Shown in pieces: positions 1 to 8,700 of a DNA stretch of 42,794 nt. Origin of the DNA: Gemmatimonadales bacterium. Lineage in GTDB: Bacteria; Gemmatimonadota; Gemmatimonadetes; Gemmatimonadales; GWC2-71-9. The notes beneath the pieces are model-generated. The model saw only the letters and a list, made by a program, of their open reading frames with translations, did no database searches and was not told where the DNA came from. Location of the stretch: the NCBI GenBank assembly GCA_035262825.1, contig DATFSB010000207.1:1-42794 (forward strand), written 5' to 3'. Within the stretch, counting starts at the first letter, position 1; every line of letters begins with the position of its first letter. Both the position numbers and the translations under genes were made by a program.

Positions 1-969
1 GATCGCGTCCTCCCAGTTCGTGTTGGCGGGTCCCAGTGCCGCGAGGTGGGACGAGGGGAGGTTGCCTGCCGTCACCTGCTGTTGCACGAACGTGCGGAAC
101 TCGGAGCCGTTCAACACGTCGAGCTTGCGCAGCGGACTGGATGTCGCGGCGTAGCCGTCGTACTCGAACGAGGGGCCGTTGCCGCCGCTTTGCCCCTGCT
201 TCGTCTCGATCAGCACCACGCCGTTCGAGGCGCGGCTGCCGTAAATCGCGGTCGCCGACGCGTCCTTCAGGACGGTGATCGACGCAATGTCCGATGGGTT
301 GAGCAGGTTCAGCGGGTTGCGCGCCAGCGCGGGTGCGCCGCCGATACCCGTCGCGTCCGGCTCGGTCTGCACGTTATTGATCGGCACGCCGTCGATCACG
401 TAGAGCGGGTCGTTGGTCGCGCTGAGCGAGCTGCCACCGCGGATCAAGACCTGCACGCCAGATCCGGGCTCGCCACCGTTCTGCGTGACCTCCACGCCCG
501 CGGCGCGGCCCTGGAGCAGCTGGTCGACGTTGGTCTTCACACCCTTGTTTGCCGAGGAGGCGTCGACCGTCGACACGGATCCGGTGATCGCCTCGCGACG
601 CTGGCGGCCGTATCCGGTCGCAACGACCGGATCGAGAATCGCGGCCTGCGGCTGCATCGCGAAGTCGACGCTCGCCATTCCGCCGGCGTTGACCGTGACG
701 TCCTGCGTCACCGGGCTGTACCCGATGCGCGTCACGCGGACATGCTGGACGCCCGAGCCGAGGCCTGAGAGGGTGTAGGAGCCGTCGCTCTTGGAGAGGA
801 CGCTGTGGGAGGTTCCGGTGATGGTGATCGTGACGTCGGACAACGGCTGCTGCGTCGTGCCGTCGGTCACTTTGCCGCCGATCGCGCCAGTGGATTCCTG
901 GGCGCTCAGTCGAGCGGTACACAGCACAGCCAGAACCAAAACGGGAATGACATGACGGACTACTCTCAT
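1..969 (-). CDS. SusC/RagA-type TonB-linked outer-membrane receptor, N-terminal 323 aa (3' end runs off the window)
   Basis: Absent from the ORF track because it is open at the window edge. Minus-strand translation from ATG at 969-967 gives MRVVRHVIPVLVLAVLCTARLSAQESTGAIGGKVTDGTTQQPLSDVTITITGTSHSVLSKSDGSYTLSGLGSGVQHVRVTRIGYSPVTQDVTVNAGGMASVDFAMQPQAAILDPVVATGYGRQRREAITGSVSTVD...IRGGSS...PLYVIDGVP...VLKDASATAIYGSRASNGVVLIETK. That is a signal peptide, a carboxypeptidase-regulatory-like domain and plug motifs. There is no stop in 323 codons. Confidence 0.9.
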   Translation of the reverse strand, partial: MRVVRHVIPVLVLAVLCTARLSAQESTGAIGGKVTDGTTQQPLSDVTITITGTSHSVLSKSDGSYTLSGLGSGVQHVRVTRIGYSPVTQDVTVNAGGMASVDFAMQPQAAILDPVVATGYGRQRREAITGSVSTVDASSANKGVKTNVDQLLQGRAAGVEVTQNGGEPGSGVQVLIRGGSSLSATNDPLYVIDGVPINNVQTEPDATGIGGAPALARNPLNLLNPSDIASITVLKDASATAIYGSRASNGVVLIETKQGQSGGNGPSFEYDGYAATSSPLRKLDVLNGSEFRTFVQQQVTAGNLPSSHLAALGPANTNWEDAI

Positions 970-1082
970 ACGCCTGCCCCCCGGCAGAGTGAGAACGCGA
1001 CTAGGCGGATTAGCGCGGAATGGCTCTCAACGAGAGTCCCGCAGGGTCGATGATTCACCGAATTGGCGAGGTGTCAAGAACC

Positions 1083-1111
1083 CGGGCAGGTCCGGATTTT
1101 AGGCCTGCCCG
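1083..1111 (-). terminator. GC-rich hairpin just downstream of tRNA-Ala (possible terminator)
   Basis: CGGGCAGG (1083-1090) pairs with CCTGCCCG (1104-1111), plus an inner CC/GG pair, with an approximately 8-nt loop. The downstream U-tract on the minus strand is weak (GGTTCTTGAC). Confidence 0.3.
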
Positions 1112-1140
1112 CGGTGTTACGATGTGAATTGTGAAGGGAG

Positions 1141-1213
1141 TGGAGCTGAGGGGGCTCGAACCCCTGACCTCCTGGGTGCGATCCAGGCGCTCTCCCAGCT
1201 GAGCTACAGCCCC
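1141..1213 (-). tRNA. tRNA-Ala (anticodon CGC)
   Basis: The reverse complement GGGGCTGTAGCTCAGCTGGGAGAGCGCCTGGATCGCACCCAGGAGGTCAGGGGTTCGAGCCCCCTCAGCTCCA folds as a 73-nt cloverleaf. It has a 7-bp acceptor stem with the G3:U70 Ala identity pair, anticodon loop AUCGCAC (U33, CGC, A37) and a GTTCGAGC T-loop. CCA is not encoded. Confidence 0.95.
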
Positions 1214-1285
1214 AAGGCGGACGCTGAACTTAGACGGACACGGTTCGGCTGGCAATCGGGGCGCCAGTCCGTACCTTCGAGGCCC

Positions 1286-1711
1286 ATGAAACCTGCCACC
1301 TATACCCTCACGACCGTCGTACCCGCACCGGTGGAACGGGTGTTCCAGGCCCTGACCGATCCCCATACGATGGCGCAGTGGCTCCCTTCGGCCCGGGCGG
1401 TCGAGGCCGTCGCTCCATTAAAGAAAGGGAGCCGCTTGCGCGTCGTGTACGACACCCGGGAAGCCGAAATCGAGGTCGTCGACTTCAATCAACCGTCGGT
1501 CTTCGGCTGGAGCGAGCGCTCGGGCCGGCGTATGTGGCGCACGTTCTTCCGGCTCGAGTTCGCCGGCGCCTCGACCCGTCTCACCGTGCAGACGGTGTGG
1601 CAGGCGCCCTCGCTGATCGCGTGGATCAAGGTCAAGCTCCGCCAGAGCCGCAACGTCATGGGACAGATGGACGCGATGGTGCAGAACCTGCGGATGGCGT
1701 TGGAGAAGTAA
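1286..1711 (+). CDS. SRPBCC-family (polyketide cyclase/AHSA1-like) protein, 141 aa
   Basis: Internal ATG of ORF 1124..1711; the upstream part of that ORF overlaps the tRNA. The sequence MKPATYTLTTVVPAPVERVFQALTDPHTMAQWLP... is typical of SRPBCC N-termini. Confidence 0.7.
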   Translation: MKPATYTLTTVVPAPVERVFQALTDPHTMAQWLPSARAVEAVAPLKKGSRLRVVYDTREAEIEVVDFNQPSVFGWSERSGRRMWRTFFRLEFAGASTRLTVQTVWQAPSLIAWIKVKLRQSRNVMGQMDAMVQNLRMALEK

Positions 1712-1713
1712 AG

Positions 1714-2634
1714 TCAGCTGTCGGCAAACGGCACGTCTACGACCATGCCGTCTTTCGCAGCCGCGACGTCTGCGAACACTTCCTTGGCTTCCTTTACCAG
1801 CTCGTCCGCGGAAATCGAATAGCGCGCCGACAGGTGCGTGAGCACGAGCTTGCGCACCTTCGCCGCTTTAGCAACCTGGGCCGCCTCCCGCGCCGTCGAA
1901 TGAAACGTCTCCTTGGCCCGGTCCTTCTCCTCTTCTCCGAAGGTCGCCTCGTGCACCAGGAGGTCCGCGCCCGCCGCGGCATCGACCACCGACGCGCACG
2001 GCGCCGTATCACCGGTGATGACAACCTTGCGGCCGGGCCGGCGGGGGCCGACGACGCTGTCAGCGGTCACCTTCCGGCCGTCAGCCAGTTCAATCGTCTC
2101 GCCGCGCTGCAGCTTGCCCCAGAGAGGGCCCTCGGGAATTCCCAACGCCCGGGCTTTCTCCGGATCGAATTTGCCGTAGCGCTCCGATTCCACCAGCGCG
2201 TAGCCGATCGAGCCGGCGCCGTGATCGGTGGCGAACGCGGTGAGCGAGTAGCCGTCGCGCTGGCCGATCACCCCACCCGGCTTCACCTCATGGATCTCGA
2301 CGCCGAAGGGCACCCTTTCCACGCCGAGCAGCAGCGCGTTGTTCAGGACCTGCTTCGCCCCGCGGGGACCGTACAGTCGCAGCGGCTCCTCGCGTCCCTG
2401 CAGTCCCAGGGTACGCACCAATCCGATCATGCCGAGGAAGTGGTCGGCGTGGAAATGGGTGAAGAAGATCTCGGACAGGGCGAAGCTCACCCCGTAGCGC
2501 ATCATCTGCCGCTGCGTCCCTTCCCCGCAATCGAACAGCAGCGTTTCTCCCTCGCGCGCTAACGCGAGAGACGAGACGTTACGCTCGACGGTGGGGCGGG
2601 CGGCTGACGTGCCGAGAAATGTGAGTATCAACAC
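1714..2634 (-). CDS. rnz: Ribonuclease Z (MBL fold)
   Basis: LILTFLGTSAARPTVERNVSSLAL..LLFDCGEGTQRQM..FFTHFHADHFLGMIGL..LYGPRG..HEATF..HSTAREAA..LVLTHLS. I prefer the GTG at 2634 (VLILTFLGT), which avoids overlap with the upstream MCE gene ending at 2657. The ORF-track start is 2697. Confidence 0.85.
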   Translation of the reverse strand: MLILTFLGTSAARPTVERNVSSLALAREGETLLFDCGEGTQRQMMRYGVSFALSEIFFTHFHADHFLGMIGLVRTLGLQGREEPLRLYGPRGAKQVLNNALLLGVERVPFGVEIHEVKPGGVIGQRDGYSLTAFATDHGAGSIGYALVESERYGKFDPEKARALGIPEGPLWGKLQRGETIELADGRKVTADSVVGPRRPGRKVVITGDTAPCASVVDAAAGADLLVHEATFGEEEKDRAKETFHSTAREAAQVAKAAKVRKLVLTHLSARYSISADELVKEAKEVFADVAAAKDGMVVDVPFADS

Positions 2635-2656
2635 CGGCAGGAATATAGACCGCGTC

Positions 2657-3553
2657 TCAGAACACTTTGACGGTGAGGTACCTGCCCGGTCTCTCACGCA
2701 AATCGTTCAGCAAGCTCGACAATGCGTCCAATGTCTTGTGGATGTCCTGATACATCACCGTATCCGTCGCCATCTTGCCGAGCGTCCCCTGACCGCGGGC
2801 GATCTTCCCGAGCAGCGAATCGAGGCTCGCGGTGGAGTTGGCGAGCTGACTCGTCAACCGCGACAGGTTGGCGGTCAGCGTGTCCATCCGCATGCCGGTC
2901 TTGTGCACGTTGGCGTTGGCGAGCAGCGTGTCGAAGCGAGCCATCACGTGCTCCAGCTCGGAGAGCGCCTTGGTGCTCTGCGACACGAGCGGACCGTTGG
3001 TCGCGGCGGTGAGCGCCGCCATGCCGCGCTGCGTCGCGATCATGGTGTTGTGGATGTCGTCCGACAGCTGGGTCGACACCAGTCCTTTGGCGTTGCCGAT
3101 CAGCTCGTTGGCGTTGGTGGCGACGCCCGAAGCGATGTCGGACAGCTCCTGCGCTTTGGTGCCCGTGATGACCGACGTGGTGGGCAGGAACGAATCGGTT
3201 TCGGCGCCGGGGGAGTAGTCGATCATCTTGGCGCCGAAGAAATCCTTGGACATCACGACCGCGGAGGCGGTGGTGCGCGGGCGCACGCGGGGATCGCCCG
3301 ACAGCTCGAGCGTAACCACCACCTTGCCCACTCGCTCGAGACTCACCTTCGACACGCGGCCCACAGCGACGCCGGAGATCAGGACGGGGTCACCCTCTTT
3401 CAACCCGGCGACGTTGGTGAACACGACCCTGGTGAGGATTCCCCTGTGGCTGATCGAGCGCCCGCTGAACCAGAAGAGTCCCACGACGAACAGTACGAGC
3501 CCGGCAAGCACCATCGCTCCGACGCCCATCTCCTGCTTATAGGTCATGTCCAT
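2657..3553 (-). CDS. MCE/MlaD-family periplasmic protein with long helical C-terminal extension, 298 aa
   Basis: Starts at internal ATG 3553 (MDMTYKQEMGVGAMVLAGLVLFVVGLFWF, a TM anchor), followed by FTNVAGLKEGDPVLISGVAVGRVSKVSL, the MCE core. There is a 1-nt overlap with the ATPase stop. The upstream 135 aa of the track ORF is Arg-rich junk. Confidence 0.85.
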   Translation of the reverse strand: MDMTYKQEMGVGAMVLAGLVLFVVGLFWFSGRSISHRGILTRVVFTNVAGLKEGDPVLISGVAVGRVSKVSLERVGKVVVTLELSGDPRVRPRTTASAVVMSKDFFGAKMIDYSPGAETDSFLPTTSVITGTKAQELSDIASGVATNANELIGNAKGLVSTQLSDDIHNTMIATQRGMAALTAATNGPLVSQSTKALSELEHVMARFDTLLANANVHKTGMRMDTLTANLSRLTSQLANSTASLDSLLGKIARGQGTLGKMATDTVMYQDIHKTLDALSSLLNDLRERPGRYLTVKVF

Positions 3554-4320
3554 CAGGTCTTCTTCCCTCCGCCCTGGAGAGCCTCGAGGTCGAAGTCGCG
3601 CTCGAGGAACTGCTGCACCGCCTCGTCGCGCGAGGCGAGAATCTGTTCCGACGTGCCCACGGCGCGGATCTTCGCCTGCCACAGCAGGGCGATGCGGTCG
3701 GCCACGCGGAACGCGCCACGCACGTCGTGCGTCACCACGACGCTCGTCACGCCCAGCTCGTGCTGCAGCCGCTCGATCAGGCCGTCGATCACGTCCGAGT
3801 TGACGGGGTCGAGCCCCGACGTCGGCTCGTCGTACAACAGATAGGTCGGCTTGCCGGCGATCGCCCGCGCGATCCCGACGCGCTTGCGCATGCCGCCCGA
3901 CAGCTCCGCCGGCATCTTGATCTGGACGTCGGGACTCAGGTTCACGAGCCGCAGGCACTCCGTCACGCGGGCTTTCGCGAAGTCGTCGTCGCGATAGTTC
4001 TCCTCGTTCGTGATCCCGAGCCGGATGTTGTCGAACACGTCCATCGAATCGAACAGAGCCCCGTTCTGGAACACGTACCCGATGCGGGTCCGCAGCTGTG
4101 ACAGCTCGCGGCGTCGCAGCTTCGGCACGCTCAACCCGTCGACCAGCACGTCTCCCTTGTCGGGGCGGATGAGGCCGATGATGTGCTTCAGCAGGACGCT
4201 CTTGCCGACGCCCGACGGCCCGAGCAGCGCGAGGGTCTCGCCGTGCTGGACCTCGAGCGACACGTCGTCGAGCACGACGTTCTCGATGAACCGCTTGGAG
4301 ACGTGCCGCAGCTCGATCAT
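3553..4320 (-). CDS. ABC transporter ATP-binding protein (MlaF-like), 255 aa
   Basis: MIELRHVSKRF..., Walker A GPSGVGKS, signature LSGGMRKR, Walker B LLYDEPTSGLD. The start ATG at 4320 overlaps the permease stop (ATGA). Confidence 0.9.
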   Translation of the reverse strand: MIELRHVSKRFIENVVLDDVSLEVQHGETLALLGPSGVGKSVLLKHIIGLIRPDKGDVLVDGLSVPKLRRRELSQLRTRIGYVFQNGALFDSMDVFDNIRLGITNEENYRDDDFAKARVTECLRLVNLSPDVQIKMPAELSGGMRKRVGIARAIAGKPTYLLYDEPTSGLDPVNSDVIDGLIERLQHELGVTSVVVTHDVRGAFRVADRIALLWQAKIRAVGTSEQILASRDEAVQQFLERDFDLEALQGGGKKT

Positions 4321-5117
4321 TTGCCGAGCAGCACCTGGGCGAGGACGACGTCGAGCAGCAGGATCGTCACCGACGTGGTGACCACCGCCTGCGTCGTCGC
4401 GCGGCCCACACCTTCCGCGCCCTGCTGCGTGTTGAAGCCGATGTAGCACGGGATCGCCGTGATGGCGATGGCGAAGAACACCGCCTTGATGCCGGAATAC
4501 CACAGATCGAACGAACGGAAGAAATAGCGCGCGCCGTAGATGAAGTCGGCGTTGGTGATGCCGAGCGACTGTTTCGCCGCGGCCCAGCCGACGAGGAAGC
4601 CGGTGGCGTTCGAGAACATCACGAGTGCCGGGATCACGAGCACCCCGGCGAGACAGCGCGGCAGCAGGAGCTGCGTCACCGGCGAGCGGCCGAGGCTCTC
4701 GAGAGCATCGATCTGCTCGGTCACCCGCATCGTTCCGAGCTCGGCGGCGATGCGGGCGCCGACACGCCCCGCCAGGACGAGGCCGGTCATCACGGGGCCC
4801 AGCTCGAGGATCACCGTTTCGCCGATCAGGCCACCCGCGATGTACAGCGGGTACGCACCGGTGAACTGATAGCCGGTTTGCAACGCCGTCACCCCGCCCG
4901 CGAACCCGGAAATCAGCAACACAATGAAGAGGCTGCCGTAGCCGATGCTGTTCGCCTGCTCCACGAACTCCGGCACCCAGGCGCGCCAGGCGGGGAAGCC
5001 GCGGAACATGTCCACAATCATCATGAAGAACCGGCCGGCGTGGCCCACGACGTGGAGGCTCCAGCGGCCCACGTAGCGGCGCACCGGGAGCGCGCGCTCG
5101 ACGGTCGAGATCCTCAT
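4317..5117 (-). CDS. MlaE-family ABC permease, 266 aa
   Basis: GPVMTGLVLAGRVGARIAAELGTMRVTEQIDALESLG is the hallmark MlaE/YrbE motif. It is the first gene of the permease-ATPase-MCE operon. Confidence 0.9.
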   Translation of the reverse strand: MRISTVERALPVRRYVGRWSLHVVGHAGRFFMMIVDMFRGFPAWRAWVPEFVEQANSIGYGSLFIVLLISGFAGGVTALQTGYQFTGAYPLYIAGGLIGETVILELGPVMTGLVLAGRVGARIAAELGTMRVTEQIDALESLGRSPVTQLLLPRCLAGVLVIPALVMFSNATGFLVGWAAAKQSLGITNADFIYGARYFFRSFDLWYSGIKAVFFAIAITAIPCYIGFNTQQGAEGVGRATTQAVVTTSVTILLLDVVLAQVLLGK

Positions 5118-5138
5118 GTGCGTGTATCTTGGGCAGCC

Positions 5139-5915
5139 ATGCGGGTTTCGTCTACCCCCTCGGGAAGATCGACGGATGGCCGGACGGGTGGATCGCGGTC
5201 TTCTCTATCCGCGCATCCGCCGATCAGTCCCGCCGCCACTTTCCGGCGACGACTCCTGACATGGTTTGCCGTATATGCCCGTGAGCTGCCGTGGCGTCGC
5301 ACGCGCGACCCCTATCGCGTCCTGGTCAGTGAATTCATGCTGCAGCAGACACAGGTGCGTCGCGTGCTCGAGTACTACCCCCGGTTCCTGGCGCGCTTCC
5401 CGAGCGTCGGGCACCTCGCGCGCGCCCGGCCCCGCACGGTGCGCGAGGCGTGGGATGGCCTGGGGTACTATGCGCGGGCACGCAATCTTCACGCGCTGGC
5501 GCGCACCGTTATAGAACGGCACGACGGTACGTTGCCCGACGACCCCGCCCAATTGATCGAGTTACCAGGGGTAGGGCGGTACACGGCGGGCGCGGTGGCA
5601 TGTTTCGCGTACGAAAAGCCGGTAGCGGCGGTGGACACGAACATCGCGCGGGTGATCAGGCGCGTCTGGGGAATTGGCAACGCGAAAGTCGGAAACGGCA
5701 ATGCCGTCTCGAAGAAGGTCTGGGACATTGCCGCCCGCATCGTGCCCCGAAATGGAAAGACGGCGTGGAAGTTCAACCAGGCGATGATGGAGCTGGGGGC
5801 AACCATTTGCATCGCGAGAAAACCCAGGTGTTCTGAGTGCCCTGTCCGAGGACAATGCAGAACCGGCGCTTCTAGACGCACAGACGCAGAGGGGAGAACA
5901 GGGAGGAGAGAGTAG
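5139..5915 (+). CDS. mutY: A/G-specific adenine DNA glycosylase (MutY-like HhH-GPD/FeS), short form of 258 aa
   Basis: Internal ATG at 5139. Motifs: LPWRRTRDPYRVLVSEFMLQQTQV, GLGYYARARNLH, LPGVGRYTAGAV, VDTNIARV and the FeS loop CIARKPRCSECPVRGQC. The protein ends 18 aa after the cluster, so it has no NUDIX-like C-terminal domain. Confidence 0.75.
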   Translation: MRVSSTPSGRSTDGRTGGSRSSLSAHPPISPAATFRRRLLTWFAVYARELPWRRTRDPYRVLVSEFMLQQTQVRRVLEYYPRFLARFPSVGHLARARPRTVREAWDGLGYYARARNLHALARTVIERHDGTLPDDPAQLIELPGVGRYTAGAVACFAYEKPVAAVDTNIARVIRRVWGIGNAKVGNGNAVSKKVWDIAARIVPRNGKTAWKFNQAMMELGATICIARKPRCSECPVRGQCRTGASRRTDAEGRTGRRE

Positions 5916-6006
5916 ACAGGCCCGACGCCTACCCGTAGTCTAGAACCTGTTCACCCCGGTGCGCCTGTGCGTCTAGTCTTGCCGGTCCTGTCTTCCTGGA
6001 GCTCAC

Positions 6007-6408
6007 GTGCTGGCATCTGCCGTCATGATCGCTGATCCGCTCGTCGCCGCCGCCGGCGCCACGTCGGCAGAAGTCGCAGCCCTCATGCGCTCGCGCAACA
6101 TTTCGGTGGTGCCGGTGATCGACAATCCGAAGGACCGGCGCTACCTGGGCACGGTGTCTGATCGAGACATCGTGGTTCGTTGCGTCGCGATGGGACATGA
6201 CCCGAAAGAATGCTCCGCGCAGGAACACATGAGGACCGATACAATCGTGGTGAGGACCGAGCAGGAACTGAGCGGGTACCGGATGGCGAAGCAGCTGGAC
6301 CCCGATGATCACCACGTCAGATCAACGATCGTCGTCGTAGACGGACAGAACAGGGTCATGGGCTTTATCCCACACCCCGAAGCAATAGAAGGAATTCTGA
6401 TCAACTAG
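6007..6408 (+). CDS. CBS-pair domain protein, 133 aa
   Basis: GTG start. MRSRNISVVPVIDNPKDRRYLGTVSDRDIVVR... and ...IVVVDGQNRVMGFI are two CBS-like units. Confidence 0.7.
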   Translation: MLASAVMIADPLVAAAGATSAEVAALMRSRNISVVPVIDNPKDRRYLGTVSDRDIVVRCVAMGHDPKECSAQEHMRTDTIVVRTEQELSGYRMAKQLDPDDHHVRSTIVVVDGQNRVMGFIPHPEAIEGILIN

Positions 6409-6425
6409 TCTGTACATTCTCCTCT

Positions 6426-6842
6426 GTGCCCAAGTACTTCTCCGTCGCTGAAGCAGAGCGGACACTGCCGCTCGTCCGCCGCATCATCTCGGATATCACC
6501 ACGCTCTACCCGGAGTGGCGCGACCTCGTCAACCGTCACGAGCTCCTGTCCGCCCGCTCCAATCCGGAGTGGGGCGAGTCGCCCGAGCAGCTCGACCTGC
6601 AGCGCCAGATCGAATCCGTCGCGCGCAAGATCACCGACTGCCACGAAGAGCTGGATCGCGTCGGTTGCGTCCTCAAGGATCCGCAGCTCGGCCTGGTCGA
6701 CTTCTACGGCAAGCTGGACGGCCGCGACATCTTCTGGTGCTGGAAGCACGGCGAAGAGCGCATCGGCCACTGGCATGAGATTGAGGCCGGCTTCGCCGGG
6801 CGCCGGCCCCTTCCCACCGTTGTGGCCGAAAGGAAGACCTGA
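6426..6842 (+). CDS. DUF2203-like protein, 138 aa
   Basis: FSVAEAERTLPLVRRII..., GCVLKDPQLGLVDFYG..DGRDIFWCWKHGEERIGHWHEIEAGFAGRRPL matches my recollection of the DUF2203 pattern. Confidence 0.55.
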   Translation: MPKYFSVAEAERTLPLVRRIISDITTLYPEWRDLVNRHELLSARSNPEWGESPEQLDLQRQIESVARKITDCHEELDRVGCVLKDPQLGLVDFYGKLDGRDIFWCWKHGEERIGHWHEIEAGFAGRRPLPTVVAERKT

Positions 6843-7297
6843 TGCGTGGGTTCTGGTTGCTGGTCCATATGCTCGGCTTCACCCTGTGGCTCGGCGGCGG
6901 CATCGCGACGATGGTGCTGGGCGTGGCAGCCAAGCACTTCGCCCCCGACCTCCGACTGTCGGCGTATCGCCTGACCAGCTCCATTCAGCGGATTCTTCTG
7001 GGGCCGGGAGCAGCGGCCGTGGCCGTCTCGGGCATCCCGCTCTCGATGCCCTATATGAAGGAAGGGATCGTGCCCGGCTGGCTGATGCTGATGATGACGA
7101 CGGGGATCCTCGGGGCGCTGATCGCCATCGGCGTAACGGTACCGACGGCGGCCAGGTTGGGGCGGCTGGCGGTTGATCCGAGAGGCGAGCTGCCCGAGAG
7201 CTTCGCCGGGCTGCGGCGACGGCTCGTGTGGGCGGGATCGATATCAGGCGGCCTTGGTCTCGTGGCCCTCCTGGCGGGGACGGTGCTGCGGGCCTAG
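6842..7297 (+). CDS. Hypothetical integral membrane protein (about 4 TM), 151 aa
   Basis: Four hydrophobic spans. The start overlaps the upstream stop (ATGA). The family was not recognised. Confidence 0.55.
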   Translation: MRGFWLLVHMLGFTLWLGGGIATMVLGVAAKHFAPDLRLSAYRLTSSIQRILLGPGAAAVAVSGIPLSMPYMKEGIVPGWLMLMMTTGILGALIAIGVTVPTAARLGRLAVDPRGELPESFAGLRRRLVWAGSISGGLGLVALLAGTVLRA

Positions 7298-8103
7298 AGC
7301 GCCTGTTTCGTCGCCTCGTACCCGGCTGTGATGTAGCGCTGGATGTTCTGCACCGCGAACGTGGCTTCGCGCTCGTGGACCGGCCGCACCACGACCAGCT
7401 TCGCGCCATTGTTCGGCCAATCCCGGACTGCCTGCTCGGCCTGCGCGGCCATCATGATCCGCTCCGATGATCCGTGCGCGCGCACCAGTGCCGGCGGCAT
7501 CAGCTTGCTCACGCTGGGGCGTGGCGGCCCCTCATCGAAGCCGGGCCCGACGTGCACCGCCACCACGAGATCGGCGGGGATCCCCTTTGCTGGCCCGAGC
7601 GGCAACACCGCCCTCAGCCCACCATCGGCCAGGTGACGACCCCCGATCTCGGCCGGGGGATAGTACAACGGCAGCGCACAGGACGCGTACAACGCGTCGT
7701 GCAGATCGGTGCCGTCATCCCCGAAGACGACCAGCTCCCCTGAATCGAGATCCGTCGCGGTGATCTGCAGGGGGACGCGCAGACTCTCGAACCGGCGTGC
7801 CGGGACAATACGCGCGATCACCTCACGCAATGGGCCGGGCTTCAGCAGATGATCGGAGAAAAAGCCTTTGGCGAGTGCGACGTAGTCAAGCGAGACGACA
7901 GGTCGGGTCGAAGGGTGCAGCAGCTGGTCGGTCAGTGCTGCTGGAGTGGTCCCGCTGGCGAGCGCCGCGGCCATGACGGCGCCGAATGAGGTGCCCACGT
8001 AACACGAGGGAATCAGGCCGGCTTCGGCGAGCGCCTTTGCAGCGCCGACGTGCGCGACGGACTTGGCTCCGCCACCGCCGAAAACCGCCACGACCTTGGG
8101 CAT
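7294..8103 (-). CDS. Patatin-like phospholipase, 269 aa
   Basis: GGGGAKSVAH oxyanion motif, GTSFG nucleophile (GxSxG) and ADGGL (the DGG/A Asp). Confidence 0.85.
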   Translation of the reverse strand: MPKVVAVFGGGGAKSVAHVGAAKALAEAGLIPSCYVGTSFGAVMAAALASGTTPAALTDQLLHPSTRPVVSLDYVALAKGFFSDHLLKPGPLREVIARIVPARRFESLRVPLQITATDLDSGELVVFGDDGTDLHDALYASCALPLYYPPAEIGGRHLADGGLRAVLPLGPAKGIPADLVVAVHVGPGFDEGPPRPSVSKLMPPALVRAHGSSERIMMAAQAEQAVRDWPNNGAKLVVVRPVHEREATFAVQNIQRYITAGYEATKQAL

Positions 8104-8214
8104 TAGTTGATAGCCGCCCAGGTAGTCGCTCAGCCGCCGAGCCGCCGAGTGGACGCCCAGGACTCAGGATTGAGGCCCGTCCTCACCCCTTACACCTCGG
8201 CGTCTCCCTCACGT

Positions 8215-8700
8215 CTACTCCCCCCGACCCTGATCATATCGCCTATCCATTACTCGGGCCGCGCGGCGCTTCGCAGCCCGATCATAGCGCCGCTTCTCGT
8301 CGGCCGTCTCCGGCACGATCGGCGGCACCGCAGTCGGGCATCCCTTGTCATCCAGCGCGACGTAGGTCACGTAGCACGAATTGGTGTGCCGCTTCTCGCC
8401 CGACACCAGGTTTTCGGCGATGAGTTTCACTCCCACTTCCATCGAGGTCTTGCCGGCGAAATTGACACGCGCGAACGCCGTTACCAGCTCCCCGACATGA
8501 ATCGGCTCGCGGAAGTCGACCTTGTCGACCGAAACGGTGACGCACGGCCGCCGCGCATGACGAATCGCGCATACCGCCGCGACGCGGTCGACCAGCGCGA
8601 GGATCACACCGCCGAACACGTTCCCCATGAGATTCGCGTGCTGCGGCATCATCAGCTCGGACACGACGGCTTCGGATTCCGACGGGTGGCGTCCCTGCAT
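8215..8700 (-). CDS. Acyl-CoA thioesterase (hotdog fold, YciA-like), 161 aa
   Basis: MPQHANLMGNVFGGVILALVDRVAA...VSVDKVDFREPIHVGELV. ATGA overlap with the nadE stop. Confidence 0.8.
   Translation of the reverse strand: MQGRHPSESEAVVSELMMPQHANLMGNVFGGVILALVDRVAAVCAIRHARRPCVTVSVDKVDFREPIHVGELVTAFARVNFAGKTSMEVGVKLIAENLVSGEKRHTNSCYVTYVALDDKGCPTAVPPIVPETADEKRRYDRAAKRRAARVMDRRYDQGRGE

Noticed and set aside
46-922. Track ORFs 46..768(+), 413..778(+) and 374..922(-).
   Set aside because: Their translations are Arg/His/Asp-rich with no motifs. A different minus-strand frame gives an uninterrupted, motif-rich SusC-like receptor over the same DNA.
1141-1213. tRNA-Ala as an integration hotspot marking a genomic island.
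   Set aside because: There is no integrase, direct repeat of the tRNA 3' end, or compositional shift nearby. The flanking genes are ordinary housekeeping genes.
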